DNA from: Gemmatimonadota bacterium
GTDB taxonomy: Bacteria; Latescibacterota; UBA2968; UBA8231
Direction of reading: 5' to 3'
DNA: 64,000 bases
Assembly: GCA_009841115.1 (NCBI GenBank)
Contig: VXML01000020.1
Location: 11,438 to 75,437 of the forward strand
Shown here: positions 27,537 through 37,718 of the stretch, one piece after another
Position numbering within the stretch: the stretch's first letter is position 1
Layout of the letters: each line of letters begins with the position of its first letter
Made by a program: the position numbers and the translations under genes
The notes under the pieces: model-generated
Seen by the model: only the letters and a program-made list of their open reading frames with translations
Told to the model about the DNA's origin: nothing
The model's database searches: none

Positions 27537-28622
27537 CTAACTCTCCGTGGAAAAGTCACTGCCCCGGCGGTTGGCGATGGAGCGCGGCGTTAGGTCGAAG
27601 AGGGTTTCGTGCCCGTGGAAGAAGCGGTTGAGTTCGTCGACCATCAGCTCGAAAAAGCGTGGATAGCTCTGTACGGTCACGCCGGCGATGTGAGGGGTGA
27701 CGAAGACGTTTTCCAAATGGAGGATCTCTTTGTCGCCATAGGCGTTGTCCTCGCCCACATCCGGGTCGAACACGTCTAGACCGGCGACGATGTCGCCCCG
27801 CTTGAGCCGCTTCACTAGTGCATCTGAATCCACTACTTTGCCGCGCGACACATTGACGAACACCGCGCCCGGCTGGATTAGGTCTAGCTCTCGTTGCCCG
27901 ATCATGCGCTCGGTGCGCGGGGTGTGCGGGGCTAGACAGACGATGGCGTCGCACTGCGACATCACGTTGTCCAGTGAGGTTTTGAGGAAGCCGATCGCGT
28001 CGGCCATCTCCCGCGCCAGATAGGGATCGAACACCCACACTTCGGTCTGGAAGGGGCGCAAAAATTGGATTAGCCGCCGGCCAATGTGCCCACAGCCGAT
28101 CAGGCCGACGCGCTTGCCGGTCAGATCGCCGTGGATGAAGCCAAAGTCGCTTTGCGGACGAGGGCTCACGTCGCCGGCGATGAGGCGGCGGAATTGGGCT
28201 CCGGCGTTGCGCAGGGCAATGATGATGAGCGCCAAGGCCCACTCGGACACTGGATACGACGAGCCGTTGGTCGTATCGACCGTGCAGACGCCACGCTCCC
28301 AAGCGGCCTCGACGTCGATGCGGCTGGCAAAGCGGTCGCCTTCCAACTCGCCGATGATTTTCAGGTTGGAGGTCTGATCCAAGATTGCGGCATCGATCGT
28401 TGGGCAGCCGTGGCAGACGACCAAGCCGTCGTAACCGCTCAGTCGCTCGCCCAGCACCCGGCCGATCTCGGGATCTGCGTTGGTGTCGTAAATGCCGCCG
28501 CCTTCGCATTCGAACCAGTCCCAGTCGGTGAAGGTTTCGAGTCGTGCGAAATCGGTCGCGGCGAGGTACTGCTCGCGCACGTGCTTGTTGCAGGCGATGA
28601 GTATTTGGGGGCGTGAGTTCAT
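27537..28622 (-). CDS. D-isomer-specific 2-hydroxyacid dehydrogenase
   Basis: GLIGCGHIG, NVSRG, GLDVF, TPHIAG. Confidence 0.92.
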   Translation of the reverse strand: MNSRPQILIACNKHVREQYLAATDFARLETFTDWDWFECEGGGIYDTNADPEIGRVLGERLSGYDGLVVCHGCPTIDAAILDQTSNLKIIGELEGDRFASRIDVEAAWERGVCTVDTTNGSSYPVSEWALALIIIALRNAGAQFRRLIAGDVSPRPQSDFGFIHGDLTGKRVGLIGCGHIGRRLIQFLRPFQTEVWVFDPYLAREMADAIGFLKTSLDNVMSQCDAIVCLAPHTPRTERMIGQRELDLIQPGAVFVNVSRGKVVDSDALVKRLKRGDIVAGLDVFDPDVGEDNAYGDKEILHLENVFVTPHIAGVTVQSYPRFFELMVDELNRFFHGHETLFDLTPRSIANRRGSDFSTES

Positions 28623-28637
28623 GGGGTCGTCTCCGTG

Positions 28638-29912
28638 TTAAGTTGGTTGTTCCACTTCCACTAATACTCGGCGTTGAGCTGAGTCAAAGGCGACTAAAGT
28701 AGCTCCATCCTCTAGCAGGAAAGTGTCGCTTTTGAAAGCGGCGCGGTTCGAAACTCGCGTCAATGGGCGGCCACCCACCCGCACTGAGCGCACCTCTCCG
28801 TCTGTAAGGCGCAGAGTCAGGTCAGGGGTCTGCACCGGCAGATCGAGGCGGATGGTGTTACCCTCTACTGCGATCTCGGCCATTGCGCGGGCGCAGGCAT
28901 AGGTGGTGATTTGGCTACAGGTGCGCCATTGGGTGCGCTCCCCCCTCGGATCGCGCTCGGCGAGGCGGCTTACCACTTTCTTGAATGCGTTAAAGCCGCG
29001 CCGGTCCTCATCGTGTAGCCCATAGAATCCCTGCCAATGGCTGATGAGTACAGCCGGTTCGCCCGCGTCGATGAGGGCTGGTAGGCGGCCACCCTCTAAG
29101 TCGGGAGTGATGTATTTGTCGGCATTGACCTCGCCATAGCCGGTCCAACTGCCGGTCCAGTCGCCGGTGGAGGCGATGATTTCGCCGGTGGCTTGGCCGG
29201 TTTGGCGATCGGGATACCACACGGGGGTGTCCACTGTGTCTTCCCTAGAGACTCGCTGAAAAAAGTAAGGCACTCGGTTACCCGTGACTTGGCGCACGGC
29301 TTCGCCAGCACAGCGGGCGTAAAAGGGCAGGGTGCGGCCGCCGAAACCACCCGGTGAGGTTACTCCTTGCGGCGTCAGGCCCACAGCGACTAGAATGCGG
29401 CACGCTTGGGCGATGTACTCGGTGACCAACTCCTCTTGGTCTTCGGGCAGCGCGGCCCAATCGTATTGCTCCCATATTCTAGAAGGGAGCGGCTGCAAGG
29501 TTTTGGGATTTAACACGAACGTGTGGGTGAGCATCTCGGGCGTGATGTCGAAAGCGGGGACGATGACCTCGCGGCACATGGTCAGCCATTCGTCTTGCTG
29601 GGCTTTGCTAAAAAGAGGAAGTCCCTCGTCAATGCGTCCTAGGGCCGCTGGGCAGGGCACCACTGAAAACTTGCCTCGGACGCCGCTTGCTAGGCACCAC
29701 TCGGCGAATTCGCGGGTAAAGGACTCAGGATGGACCACCGGCAGGTCCTCCCAGCGCTGGGAACGGCCCTCGGCGATGGTGCGGTCGCGGAGGAAGAAAT
29801 AGTTGAGGTTGACCAGCACCGTGGAATCGTCGAAGATGATGGACAAGGGCACTCGATCAAGGGCGTGACGGGCGATTTCAGCGAACAGGGGACACCTCCT
29901 TTGTTGTAACAA
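28638..29912 (-). CDS. Hypothetical protein (polysaccharide-deacetylase-like barrel)
   Basis: 424-aa ORF; GVRGKFSVVP.PA, PEMLTH, GVTSPGGFG, SHWQG; start uncertain. Confidence 0.55.
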   Translation of the reverse strand: MLQQRRCPLFAEIARHALDRVPLSIIFDDSTVLVNLNYFFLRDRTIAEGRSQRWEDLPVVHPESFTREFAEWCLASGVRGKFSVVPCPAALGRIDEGLPLFSKAQQDEWLTMCREVIVPAFDITPEMLTHTFVLNPKTLQPLPSRIWEQYDWAALPEDQEELVTEYIAQACRILVAVGLTPQGVTSPGGFGGRTLPFYARCAGEAVRQVTGNRVPYFFQRVSREDTVDTPVWYPDRQTGQATGEIIASTGDWTGSWTGYGEVNADKYITPDLEGGRLPALIDAGEPAVLISHWQGFYGLHDEDRRGFNAFKKVVSRLAERDPRGERTQWRTCSQITTYACARAMAEIAVEGNTIRLDLPVQTPDLTLRLTDGEVRSVRVGGRPLTRVSNRAAFKSDTFLLEDGATLVAFDSAQRRVLVEVEQPT

Positions 29913-30026
29913 TCTGCCATTCGGCGTCTAATATACTATGCTGTGTTGCCGTGACAAAAACTGCATCCAATGGGGTAAATTAATCTCGTACTGGCTAGGG
30001 TTGAACTCTGATTTGCTAGACGGAGG

Positions 30027-32696
30027 ATGCGACCGGTGACCAGTCGCCCGCGCGCCGCCGTGCGCCTCGCCGGTGCGGCCCTGCTGCTCAGTGGCTTGGC
30101 TTTCAATCCGCTGTCCCTCGCGCATTTTTTCCCGGGGCATCCGCTTGGTATCGAGGGTATCATCGTCCTGCAGATTGCCTTGCTCTTTGGCGGCGGTTGG
30201 CTCGTTTGGCGATGTCCTCGGCTGCCGCTGATTTCCATTGCCCTCGTTGCCCTCGTCTTTGGCACGTTTGCCGTCCTCGGGGGATACGGCACGATCCGCT
30301 CACTGCAAAAGGTGCAGGAACGCAACCGGCTCTTGGCGACTATTGACCGCAGCGAAGCGGTGCAGCAGCACCTGAGCGGCGAGGCTCTGCCGCTGCTTGC
30401 CTTGGGGATGTACCAAGGTCAACTGCCCGCTGCGCCGGCTCGCGCGCTTTTTGCCCCTGCGGTTGATGTTGCGGACGTGGAGCAGACGGCAGAGGCGACC
30501 GAAGTAGTCCCGGCGCTGGGCATTAAGCGCAAGCGATGGCGGATTTTACCCACTGAGCAATTCCACGGTTCCGACATTCAACTATGGGAGCCGCTTTTTG
30601 CCGCGATGCGTTCCTGTGATTATGCGGCCTTCCACATTGAGACCGGGCATTTTCTCGACGCGGAAGAGGCAATATACCAAGCCCGTGTGCGCTTTGACGC
30701 CCTAGCACAGACACAAGACGGGGAGCGCGCGCAAATACTGGCTCGGCTGGTGCTTGACTGGCAGCGGCAGGAAGATGACACTTGGCGGATTCGACGCTGG
30801 GAGACCGAATCGCTGGAGATGCTCACGCGGGAATACGCGCTGTTTGCCGAAGTACTCGACGAGGCGCTCCCGCGCGACGAGGACCGCGCCCAGGCTAGGT
30901 TTTCGCGCCACGCCGAACTGGTGCGCCAGTCGTTTAGCGACTCCGCGTTCGTCGCGCCGCATCGCTATTTCACTCGTCAGGCATTTGACCGCCATCCCGG
31001 CATCAGCGTCGTGGATATCGACGCCGATGGGTACGACGACCTGTACATTGCCGTGCGCCAGGGTCGGAACATGCTGTTGCACAACGGCGGCGATGGCACG
31101 TTCACCGAGCGCGCGGCCCAATACGGCCTTGATGTGGAGCACCACACGGCTGCTGCGCTTTTCGCCGACTTTGACAACGACGGTGACCCGGATGTATTCC
31201 TCGGCCGCACGCTTGCGCCCAGTCTTTACTTGGTCAACGAGGACGGGCACTTCGCTTCCCGCGACTTAGGCGATGGCGTCTTGCCGTTCCTCGTGGCCTC
31301 GATCTCGGCGGCCGATTACAACGGCGACGGTCTGCTCGATGCGTACTTTTCCACGTATGCCGCGCGGATGTTGCTCGCCGCGGCCCCCTCCGCGTCCCGA
31401 ACTGATTCTTGGGGAGGCGCGCTATTGGCCGACTTCCTGTCTGCGGACCACGCTCGCGCGCTCTACGACCTGAGCCGCGACCGCATCGGCCACCTTATCT
31501 ACGACGCGCCAGGGCCGCCCAACGTCCTGCTGCGCAATCTTGGTGACGGTCGCTTCGCTGCAACTGCCGCTGTGTGGCGCAATACGTTACAGGCGACTTG
31601 GGCCGACTACGACCGCGACGGCGACCCGGATCTCTATCTCGCCAATGACTTTGCCGCTAACAACTTGCTCCGTAACGACGGTGGTGCCCTCGTTGATGTT
31701 ACCGCGGAGAGCGGGGCCGCGGATCCGGGCTTTGGCATGGGCGCGAGTTGGGCCGATTACGACGGGGACGGTCGCCAAGACCTGTACGTGACCAACATGC
31801 ACAGCAGCGCTGGTCGCCGCATCACGGAAGCCGCCGGGCGGGCGGGTGCGGCGTTTGCCCCTTTGGCCCGGGGCAACTCCCTCCTGCGGAACGGCAGTGA
31901 GGGTTTCACCCTCGTTGCAGACTCGCCGGTGGAGGATGGCGGCTGGGGCTGGGGCGGCCAGTTTTTGGACTTTGATAACGACGGAGATCTCGACATCTAC
32001 GCTCTTAGTGGCTACTACACCCCGCCGTCCGAAGTCGCTCTCCCCGAGGATACCTGAAGCCTGTTTTGGCGCACGGTCGTGCGTCATGGCCGGACGGATG
32101 GGGCGTACAATGTGGGGGCGCGGCTCGACGCGGGGGCCTCGCTTAGCGGATACCAGCGCAACCGCTTCTTTCTCAATGTAGAAGGTCGCGACTTTATCGA
32201 TATATCGGGTTTGTCGGCAGCGGATTCGCCTGCGGATGGTCGCGCCTTCGCTACCTTGGACTTTGACCGCGATGGGCGCATTGATTTGGCTGTCGTCAAT
32301 GCCAACGAGCCGCTCTGCGAGCTGTTTGCCAACCGCAGCAAGGCGGGGCACGTCCTCGCGTTGCGGTTTGTGGGGGGTAACGACCGCGACGAGATTTCGC
32401 GCGAATGGAGCGTGCGCGATGGGTATGGCGTGCAAGTGGAAGTGGATGTCGGCGGGAGGACGCTGTTGCGCGAGCACCGAGCCGGCGAGGGCTTCTCGGC
32501 CCAAAACAGCGCTACCTTGCTCGTCGGCTTAGGCGCACATCAACGAGCGGATGCCGTGCACGTGCGTTGGCCTTCGGGGCGCGCGCAGCAGGTTGCAGAA
32601 GTCGCCGCTGGTATGCTGGTGACAGTCTATGAAAACCCTCGGTACTCGCCTACGGAGGCGGCGTTTGTGGTGGTGCCGTACCGTAGGACGCCGTAA
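30027..32696 (+). CDS. Membrane-anchored CRTAC1/ASPIC-UnbV FG-GAP protein with in-frame TGA at 32055-32057 (candidate selenocysteine)
   Basis: ORFs 30027..32057 and 32079..32696 are in the same frame separated only by TGA: ...PEDT-(TGA)-SLFWRTVV...SLSGYQRN; the FG-GAP propeller continues and the ASPIC domain (GEGFSAQ, VRWPSG) lies downstream of the TGA. Confidence 0.8.
32058..32090 (+). promoter_or_regulatory. Putative bacterial SECIS hairpin
   Basis: TGGCGCAC-GGTC-GTGCGTCA stem-loop (32067-32086); loop begins 17 nt after the TGA; extra GCC/GGC lower pairing. Confidence 0.7.
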
Positions 32697-32782
32697 TTTC
32701 AGGACGCTTGACAGGAATATGGCTGCCATTGCAACGGTGCTGCCATCGCAGGTTCACCTAGTAACTTCAGGAGGTATAAAAA

Positions 32783-33508
32783 ATGGTTGTTAATGTTGCT
32801 CATAGGGGTGCGTCGGGAAACTATCCCGAAAATACGTTGATCGCCTTTCAGAAGGCGTTGGAAATTGGCGTTGATGAGATTGAGCTGGATCTCCACATGA
32901 CAAAGGATGACCATCTAATTGTCATGCACGACTCAACCGTAGAGCGAACGACAGATGGCACGGGCGCGATTGCCGAACTCACACTAGCTGAAATCAAAGC
33001 CCTTGACGCCGGAAGCGTGTTTGGTGAGCAGTTTCGGGGTGAGCGCGTGCCGACATGGGAGGAAGCATTAGACCTCGTACAAGGGAAGGTTAGACTCAAT
33101 GTCCACCTCAAAGAAGGGGGCAATCCAGACGGTCACTACGAACGCAAAGCTGCACAGGCATTGCACGAGTTTCAGATGGTAGAGGCTTCTATTTTGGCAT
33201 GCAACGATGAAAGCGTTGGAATTTTTGCCGAGATTGACTCGCAGATTGAGTGCCGGCTCTTTCGCGCGGATCGCACACCAGAGGAATACATCCGAAAATC
33301 GGTAGAGATGGGGCTGCGGACGATGCAGCCGGGACGGGACATCACGACCCGGGAGTTTGTGCAAAAGGCCCATGCGGCAGGACGAGTTGTGCACGTCTTC
33401 TATGCGGATACCCCTGAAGATATGCGAGCTTACATCGAGATCGGCGTCGATGGGATTTTGACGAACTATCCGGAACGACTGAAGGCGGTTCTCACAGAAA
33501 TTGAGTAG
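32783..33508 (+). CDS. Glycerophosphodiester phosphodiesterase
   Basis: AHRGAS..PENT..AF, IELD, HD.T..RTT, GVDGILTNYP. Confidence 0.95.
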   Translation: MVVNVAHRGASGNYPENTLIAFQKALEIGVDEIELDLHMTKDDHLIVMHDSTVERTTDGTGAIAELTLAEIKALDAGSVFGEQFRGERVPTWEEALDLVQGKVRLNVHLKEGGNPDGHYERKAAQALHEFQMVEASILACNDESVGIFAEIDSQIECRLFRADRTPEEYIRKSVEMGLRTMQPGRDITTREFVQKAHAAGRVVHVFYADTPEDMRAYIEIGVDGILTNYPERLKAVLTEIE

Positions 33509-33522
33509 AGGGGGCCGCCTCG

Positions 33523-34911
33523 TCATACTAACTTTTTGAACACAAAAGCTCCCAATTCGTAGCTTATTACGCGATCATCGTCGTCAAATGTAAAGAGGGC
33601 GATTTCCCCGGCTGCACGACCTTCGCGAACAAGCCATTCCTCTTCCTTGTCCGTCGGTTCGAGGACTGCCGGGGCGTGTAGGGAATACGCAGACCCACCG
33701 TGAGCCGCAAGCCGCAGGCTGCCGTCGCGCACCTCAAGGTCCACATCAATGCCCGGCTCGGCGCGATAGTAACCGACAAAGCGCCGCAATGCCTCTGGTG
33801 TTGGTTCAAGCGCTGGCTGCTCGGGTACAAGCGGCACTGCTTCGTCGGCATTTAGTACCATTTCAAGCACTTCTTGGGCAATCTCAAGACCTCCGGGCGG
33901 GGGCCACATGTTGATGAGAACAACCACGCCGGTTTTCCGCGGAACGTTAAACCACACCTGTGTGCCAAAGCCGTGGATCCCGCCACCGTGATTGTGATAG
34001 ACATGGTCGCCGATGCGGGTTGCTCGCCAGCCTAGACATTGCCCTGCCGACCAGTCCGATTCGACGTATTGCGGTTGTTGAATCTCCACCAGTGTTGATC
34101 CCTTGAGTACCTGTGCCCCGCGGCGATCTCCGCCGTCGGTTTGGAATTGGAACGATACCCACTTTGCCAAGTCGCCAACGGTGGAATGCAGTTGTCCCGC
34201 GGCTGAAATCCCGTTCAGGTGGGCGTAAGGAGCGCGTTCAGGGCGGTCTTGGTAGGGCGTCGGGTTATAACCGACAAAGAAGTGAGGACGCAATTCGTCC
34301 GTCAGGTCGAAAACCGTGGACGCTAGGCCGAGCGGCTCAATGATATTGGCGTGGACGTATTCGATGTATGGCGTGCCGGTGAGCCGATACACCACCTCGC
34401 CGAGTAACCCAAATGCAAGGTTTGAGTATTTGAAAGCGGAGTCCTGCGGGATGACAATCCCCGTCTCCGGCAGTTTGCCAAGCATCTCCTCGCGGCTGGG
34501 GAAGTCGAGATCATTCCAACCGTGCGTCGGCGACTCGGTGACTAAGCCGGAGCGGTGTGTCAGCAATCGTCGGAGCGTCACACCATTGACATCGCCGCGG
34601 ATAGTGCGAACTGAAGCAAATTCGGGGATGTGCTGTGCTAGTGGATCGTCCAACTTGAGTTGTCCCGCATCCCGCAACTGCATAATCGCAGTTGTAGTGA
34701 ACGTCTTGGTCACTGAGGCGATGCGGGCAATCGTGCTTTCAGTAGGCTTTTTGCCCGAATCGAGATCCGCTGCACCGAACCCGCCGAACCAAGCGAGTCC
34801 TTGGTCACGGATGATGCCGAGTGCCATACCGGGCAGTCTATACTTGGCGACCGTTGTTGCTGCCAAGCGTTCGATGGCTGGTATCAAAGTTTGGAGAACA
34901 CAATCTGCCAT
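33523..34911 (-). CDS. Serine hydrolase, class C beta-lactamase-like
   Basis: IASVTK, LLTHRSGL, YSN, HGGG..GF; start approximate. Confidence 0.9.
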   Translation of the reverse strand: MADCVLQTLIPAIERLAATTVAKYRLPGMALGIIRDQGLAWFGGFGAADLDSGKKPTESTIARIASVTKTFTTTAIMQLRDAGQLKLDDPLAQHIPEFASVRTIRGDVNGVTLRRLLTHRSGLVTESPTHGWNDLDFPSREEMLGKLPETGIVIPQDSAFKYSNLAFGLLGEVVYRLTGTPYIEYVHANIIEPLGLASTVFDLTDELRPHFFVGYNPTPYQDRPERAPYAHLNGISAAGQLHSTVGDLAKWVSFQFQTDGGDRRGAQVLKGSTLVEIQQPQYVESDWSAGQCLGWRATRIGDHVYHNHGGGIHGFGTQVWFNVPRKTGVVVLINMWPPPGGLEIAQEVLEMVLNADEAVPLVPEQPALEPTPEALRRFVGYYRAEPGIDVDLEVRDGSLRLAAHGGSAYSLHAPAVLEPTDKEEEWLVREGRAAGEIALFTFDDDDRVISYELGAFVFKKLV

Positions 34912-35044
34912 TTGCTTTCCCAAATCCCACGGGCTGCCAATCACGCATCCCGTACGCGAATGCAGCCAACGCCGCGCCCTATGATCAATCCAGTGCCACC
35001 GGGTCGCCGCCACGTGAGTTACGCTGGCGCAAGGGACTCATGGA

Positions 35045-35365
35045 CTAATCGAGGTGGAAGACCTCTTCTAGTTCGATTAGCGCGTCTTTGGGGCCGCCCT
35101 CCGGTATTTCGACTAATCCCTCGTTGGCTTCCCCCCAGCGCTGCGTGGCCTCTTCGGAGAGAAAGCCGTCAAGGGCCGTGGCGAAATCCGTCTCGGTCTC
35201 AAAGTAGCCGAAGACGAGGCCATCTGCGTTCATAAAGAGCGAGTAACGGTGCCAGCCGTGGCGCGTAAGGGCCGCGCAGACTTCGGGCCACACTTGGCGA
35301 TGCACTTCCTTGTACTCGGCGATTCGATCCTTTTTGACCTGCATCTGAAAACCAACTCGTCGCAT
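35045..35365 (-). CDS. rhaM: L-rhamnose mutarotase family protein
   Basis: EYKEVH..VWPE, YSLF, LEEVFHLD. Confidence 0.85.
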   Translation of the reverse strand: MRRVGFQMQVKKDRIAEYKEVHRQVWPEVCAALTRHGWHRYSLFMNADGLVFGYFETETDFATALDGFLSEEATQRWGEANEGLVEIPEGGPKDALIELEEVFHLD

Positions 35366-35369
35366 CTAC

Positions 35370-35912
35370 TCAAACTCCTTTGAAATTATCCATATCCGGC
35401 ACAATGGACTGCCCGCGTTCCAAGTCGAAGTCGATTTCCACGGAGTGGGCTTGATAATCTTGGTCGCCGCGCGTGGTTTGATACACGTCGTGGCCCTCGA
35501 CGCAGATGGGCATGGTGTGCCACACCCCGAGGTGCAAGCAGACGCCTACGTCGCCCGCTGAGTAAAAAGCGCGCAGTTCCTCGGCTTGGATGTCGTCTTG
35601 GATCGCCCCGACGAGAAATACGCTCGGCGAGTGCAAGCTAGGGTAAAACGATTGGCCGGCGTCCGTGTGAAAGGCAAAATGGGCGCGCTCTAGCCCCTCG
35701 GAGATGGGCACGCGCTGCGGATGGGGTGTGTACCAGCCGGGGCCATCTTTGGGCTCGGGGCCGGGCATGGCGAGGACTGGGTACGCGTTGGTGGCATAGC
35801 CGCCTTTGACCTTGTCCGGCTTGCGCTCTTCAAAGGTGCGAATTACATGGCCGAAGGGGGCAAACGTCTCGGGTACGAGCGGTTCGACCGGAATTTTGAC
35901 GAGGTTCCACAT
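35370..35912 (-). CDS. Ureidoglycolate-lyase-like cupin, paralog 1
   Basis: EPL.PETFAPFG.VI, H...GQSF, LRAF, G.CLH.GVWH. Confidence 0.7.
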   Translation of the reverse strand: MWNLVKIPVEPLVPETFAPFGHVIRTFEERKPDKVKGGYATNAYPVLAMPGPEPKDGPGWYTPHPQRVPISEGLERAHFAFHTDAGQSFYPSLHSPSVFLVGAIQDDIQAEELRAFYSAGDVGVCLHLGVWHTMPICVEGHDVYQTTRGDQDYQAHSVEIDFDLERGQSIVPDMDNFKGV

Positions 35913-35935
35913 GGCAATCTCCTCTCGTTACGTGG

Positions 35936-37180
35936 TTAGTCGATGCCTAAGGCGGCGTCTATCTCAGCTTGATAAGCGTACGATTGGCAGGATTCGACCG
36001 CGCTGAGCGCGACTGGGCCACCTGCGCGCCAGGATTCAAATACTGCGTAGAGCGCTGCCACGTCCTTCAGGCCGCAATGGCCATCCATTTCGACGGTGCG
36101 CTGGCCGCGCACGGCCTCCGCCATTTCGTGCAGTTCGTACGCGATCAGCTTCAGATCGACGAGCGGGTCGCCGGCCGAGACGCCGCTCGGAAAGAGGTAG
36201 TGAGTCAGCGGGTCGAATGCCAATCCCGCGCCCTCGGCAGACGCGAGGATGTCCTCTTGGCTGAGGGGCGTGGTATTGCGTCGCGTCAGCGTTATGCGTC
36301 CTCCGCGAACGCCAAAGCCATCGATGCTGCCGTCGGTGCCCATGATTAGCTCGCGGTGCGTGCCCGCGTGGCCGGCGATTCCGACGATCCAGTTTAGGGT
36401 TGCACCGCTCTCCATTTTGAAGATCGCTTGGGTAGTGTCTTCGGCCGCGGCGGGGATGCGCTCGGGCATGGCCGCGAAGCGCTTTTTGTAGAACTCGTAG
36501 TCCATGGACATGGATGCCGATTTTTGTCGCTCCGGTTCTATCATCCGCGCATCGGCATAGACTTCGGCAAAGTCCCCCAATTGGTAGCGGATCATATGAG
36601 TGAAGTGTACGGCCATATCGAGGATAAAGCCGCCCAACTCCCGGCGGTGCCGCCAGGGGGTGATAAAGATGGAATTGCCCGCGCCGAGCGAGTGGTACAT
36701 CCCCATGTAGGGCGTGCCGATGGCACCGGTGTCGAGCAGGTGGCGCACGATGCGGGCCGAAGGGTCGCGGCGGAAATTTTCAGCTACGGAGACAATGCGC
36801 TCGTTGCGCGTGGCTGCGTCGAGGATCTGCTGGCAGGCTCGCACTGTGATGGCCAGCGGCTTTTCCACTAGCACGTGCAAGCCCAAGTCGAGGGCTTCGC
36901 AGACGACGGTGTGATGCACTGAAGGATCGGTCACCACGTCCACGGCTTCTAGGTCCGGCACTTTCTGGACCATCGCTTCCATGTTGGTGCAGACCTTGGG
37001 GCGGGTCCCGAGGAGCTTCTCAGCTTCGGCGGCGGCCATCTCGGCGTTTTCCGCGCTGATGTCGCAGACCGCGCTCAGTTCGACTGCGTCGAAGGGGGAG
37101 TCGGCTAGTTGCTTGAGGCCGTGTAGATGGCGGGTGCCCATGCCGCCGCAGCCGACGAGGGCTAGGCGCACCTTGTCCAT
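35936..37180 (-). CDS. Gfo/Idh/MocA family oxidoreductase
   Basis: GCGGMG, HVLVEKP, DMAVH. Confidence 0.92.
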   Translation of the reverse strand: MDKVRLALVGCGGMGTRHLHGLKQLADSPFDAVELSAVCDISAENAEMAAAEAEKLLGTRPKVCTNMEAMVQKVPDLEAVDVVTDPSVHHTVVCEALDLGLHVLVEKPLAITVRACQQILDAATRNERIVSVAENFRRDPSARIVRHLLDTGAIGTPYMGMYHSLGAGNSIFITPWRHRRELGGFILDMAVHFTHMIRYQLGDFAEVYADARMIEPERQKSASMSMDYEFYKKRFAAMPERIPAAAEDTTQAIFKMESGATLNWIVGIAGHAGTHRELIMGTDGSIDGFGVRGGRITLTRRNTTPLSQEDILASAEGAGLAFDPLTHYLFPSGVSAGDPLVDLKLIAYELHEMAEAVRGQRTVEMDGHCGLKDVAALYAVFESWRAGGPVALSAVESCQSYAYQAEIDAALGID

Positions 37181-37183
37181 CGG

Positions 37184-37702
37184 CTATTCCTGCCAGTTGG
37201 GGACGCTGCTCATGTCGGGCAGCAGGGCCAAGCCGCGGTCTTGGTCGAAGTGGACATCGACCGAGTGGTCGTGATAGTTCTGGTTGCCGCGCGCGGTTAG
37301 GTACGCCTCCTCGCCGCGCAGGCACACGGGCATGGTGTGCCACACCTTTAGGTGCATGCAGATGCCAGTGCTGCCGTCGGAGTAAAAGGCGCGCAAATCC
37401 TCCGGCTCGATCATGGGCTGGATCGGGGCCACGAAAAAGACGGTCGGGCAGTGCCGGCTCGGATAGAAGGACTGCCCGGCGTCGTCGTGAAAGGCGAAGT
37501 GCGCTCGCAGCCGGCCTTCGGATAGGTCGAGTTGGTCGGATGTGGGGTCTTTGACCTCGGCCCGCACGGTGTACGCGCGTTCGACGAGTGCGCCTACCAC
37601 AACCTCGGGTTTGGCCTCGTCAAAGGTGGAGATGACTTGCCCGAAAGGGGCAAAGGCCGAGGGGGTCAGCGGCTCCACGGGAACCTTGAGAATTTTTAGC
37701 AC
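37184..37702 (-). CDS. Ureidoglycolate-lyase-like cupin, paralog 2
   Basis: EPLTP.AFAPFG.VI, HFAFH.DAGQSFYPS, GICMH.KVWH. Confidence 0.7.
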   Translation of the reverse strand: MLKILKVPVEPLTPSAFAPFGQVISTFDEAKPEVVVGALVERAYTVRAEVKDPTSDQLDLSEGRLRAHFAFHDDAGQSFYPSRHCPTVFFVAPIQPMIEPEDLRAFYSDGSTGICMHLKVWHTMPVCLRGEEAYLTARGNQNYHDHSVDVHFDQDRGLALLPDMSSVPNWQE

Positions 37703-37718
37703 GGCAACGCTCCTTTTG

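Noticed and set aside
32079-32696. Stand-alone ASPIC/UnbV gene
   Set aside because: In frame with the upstream ORF, begins mid-propeller and has no clear RBS; better explained as read-through of TGA 32055.
33523-34911. Antibiotic-resistance beta-lactamase
   Set aside because: SxxK/YxN hydrolases of this type are mostly esterases or peptidases; context is catabolic and no signal peptide is evident.
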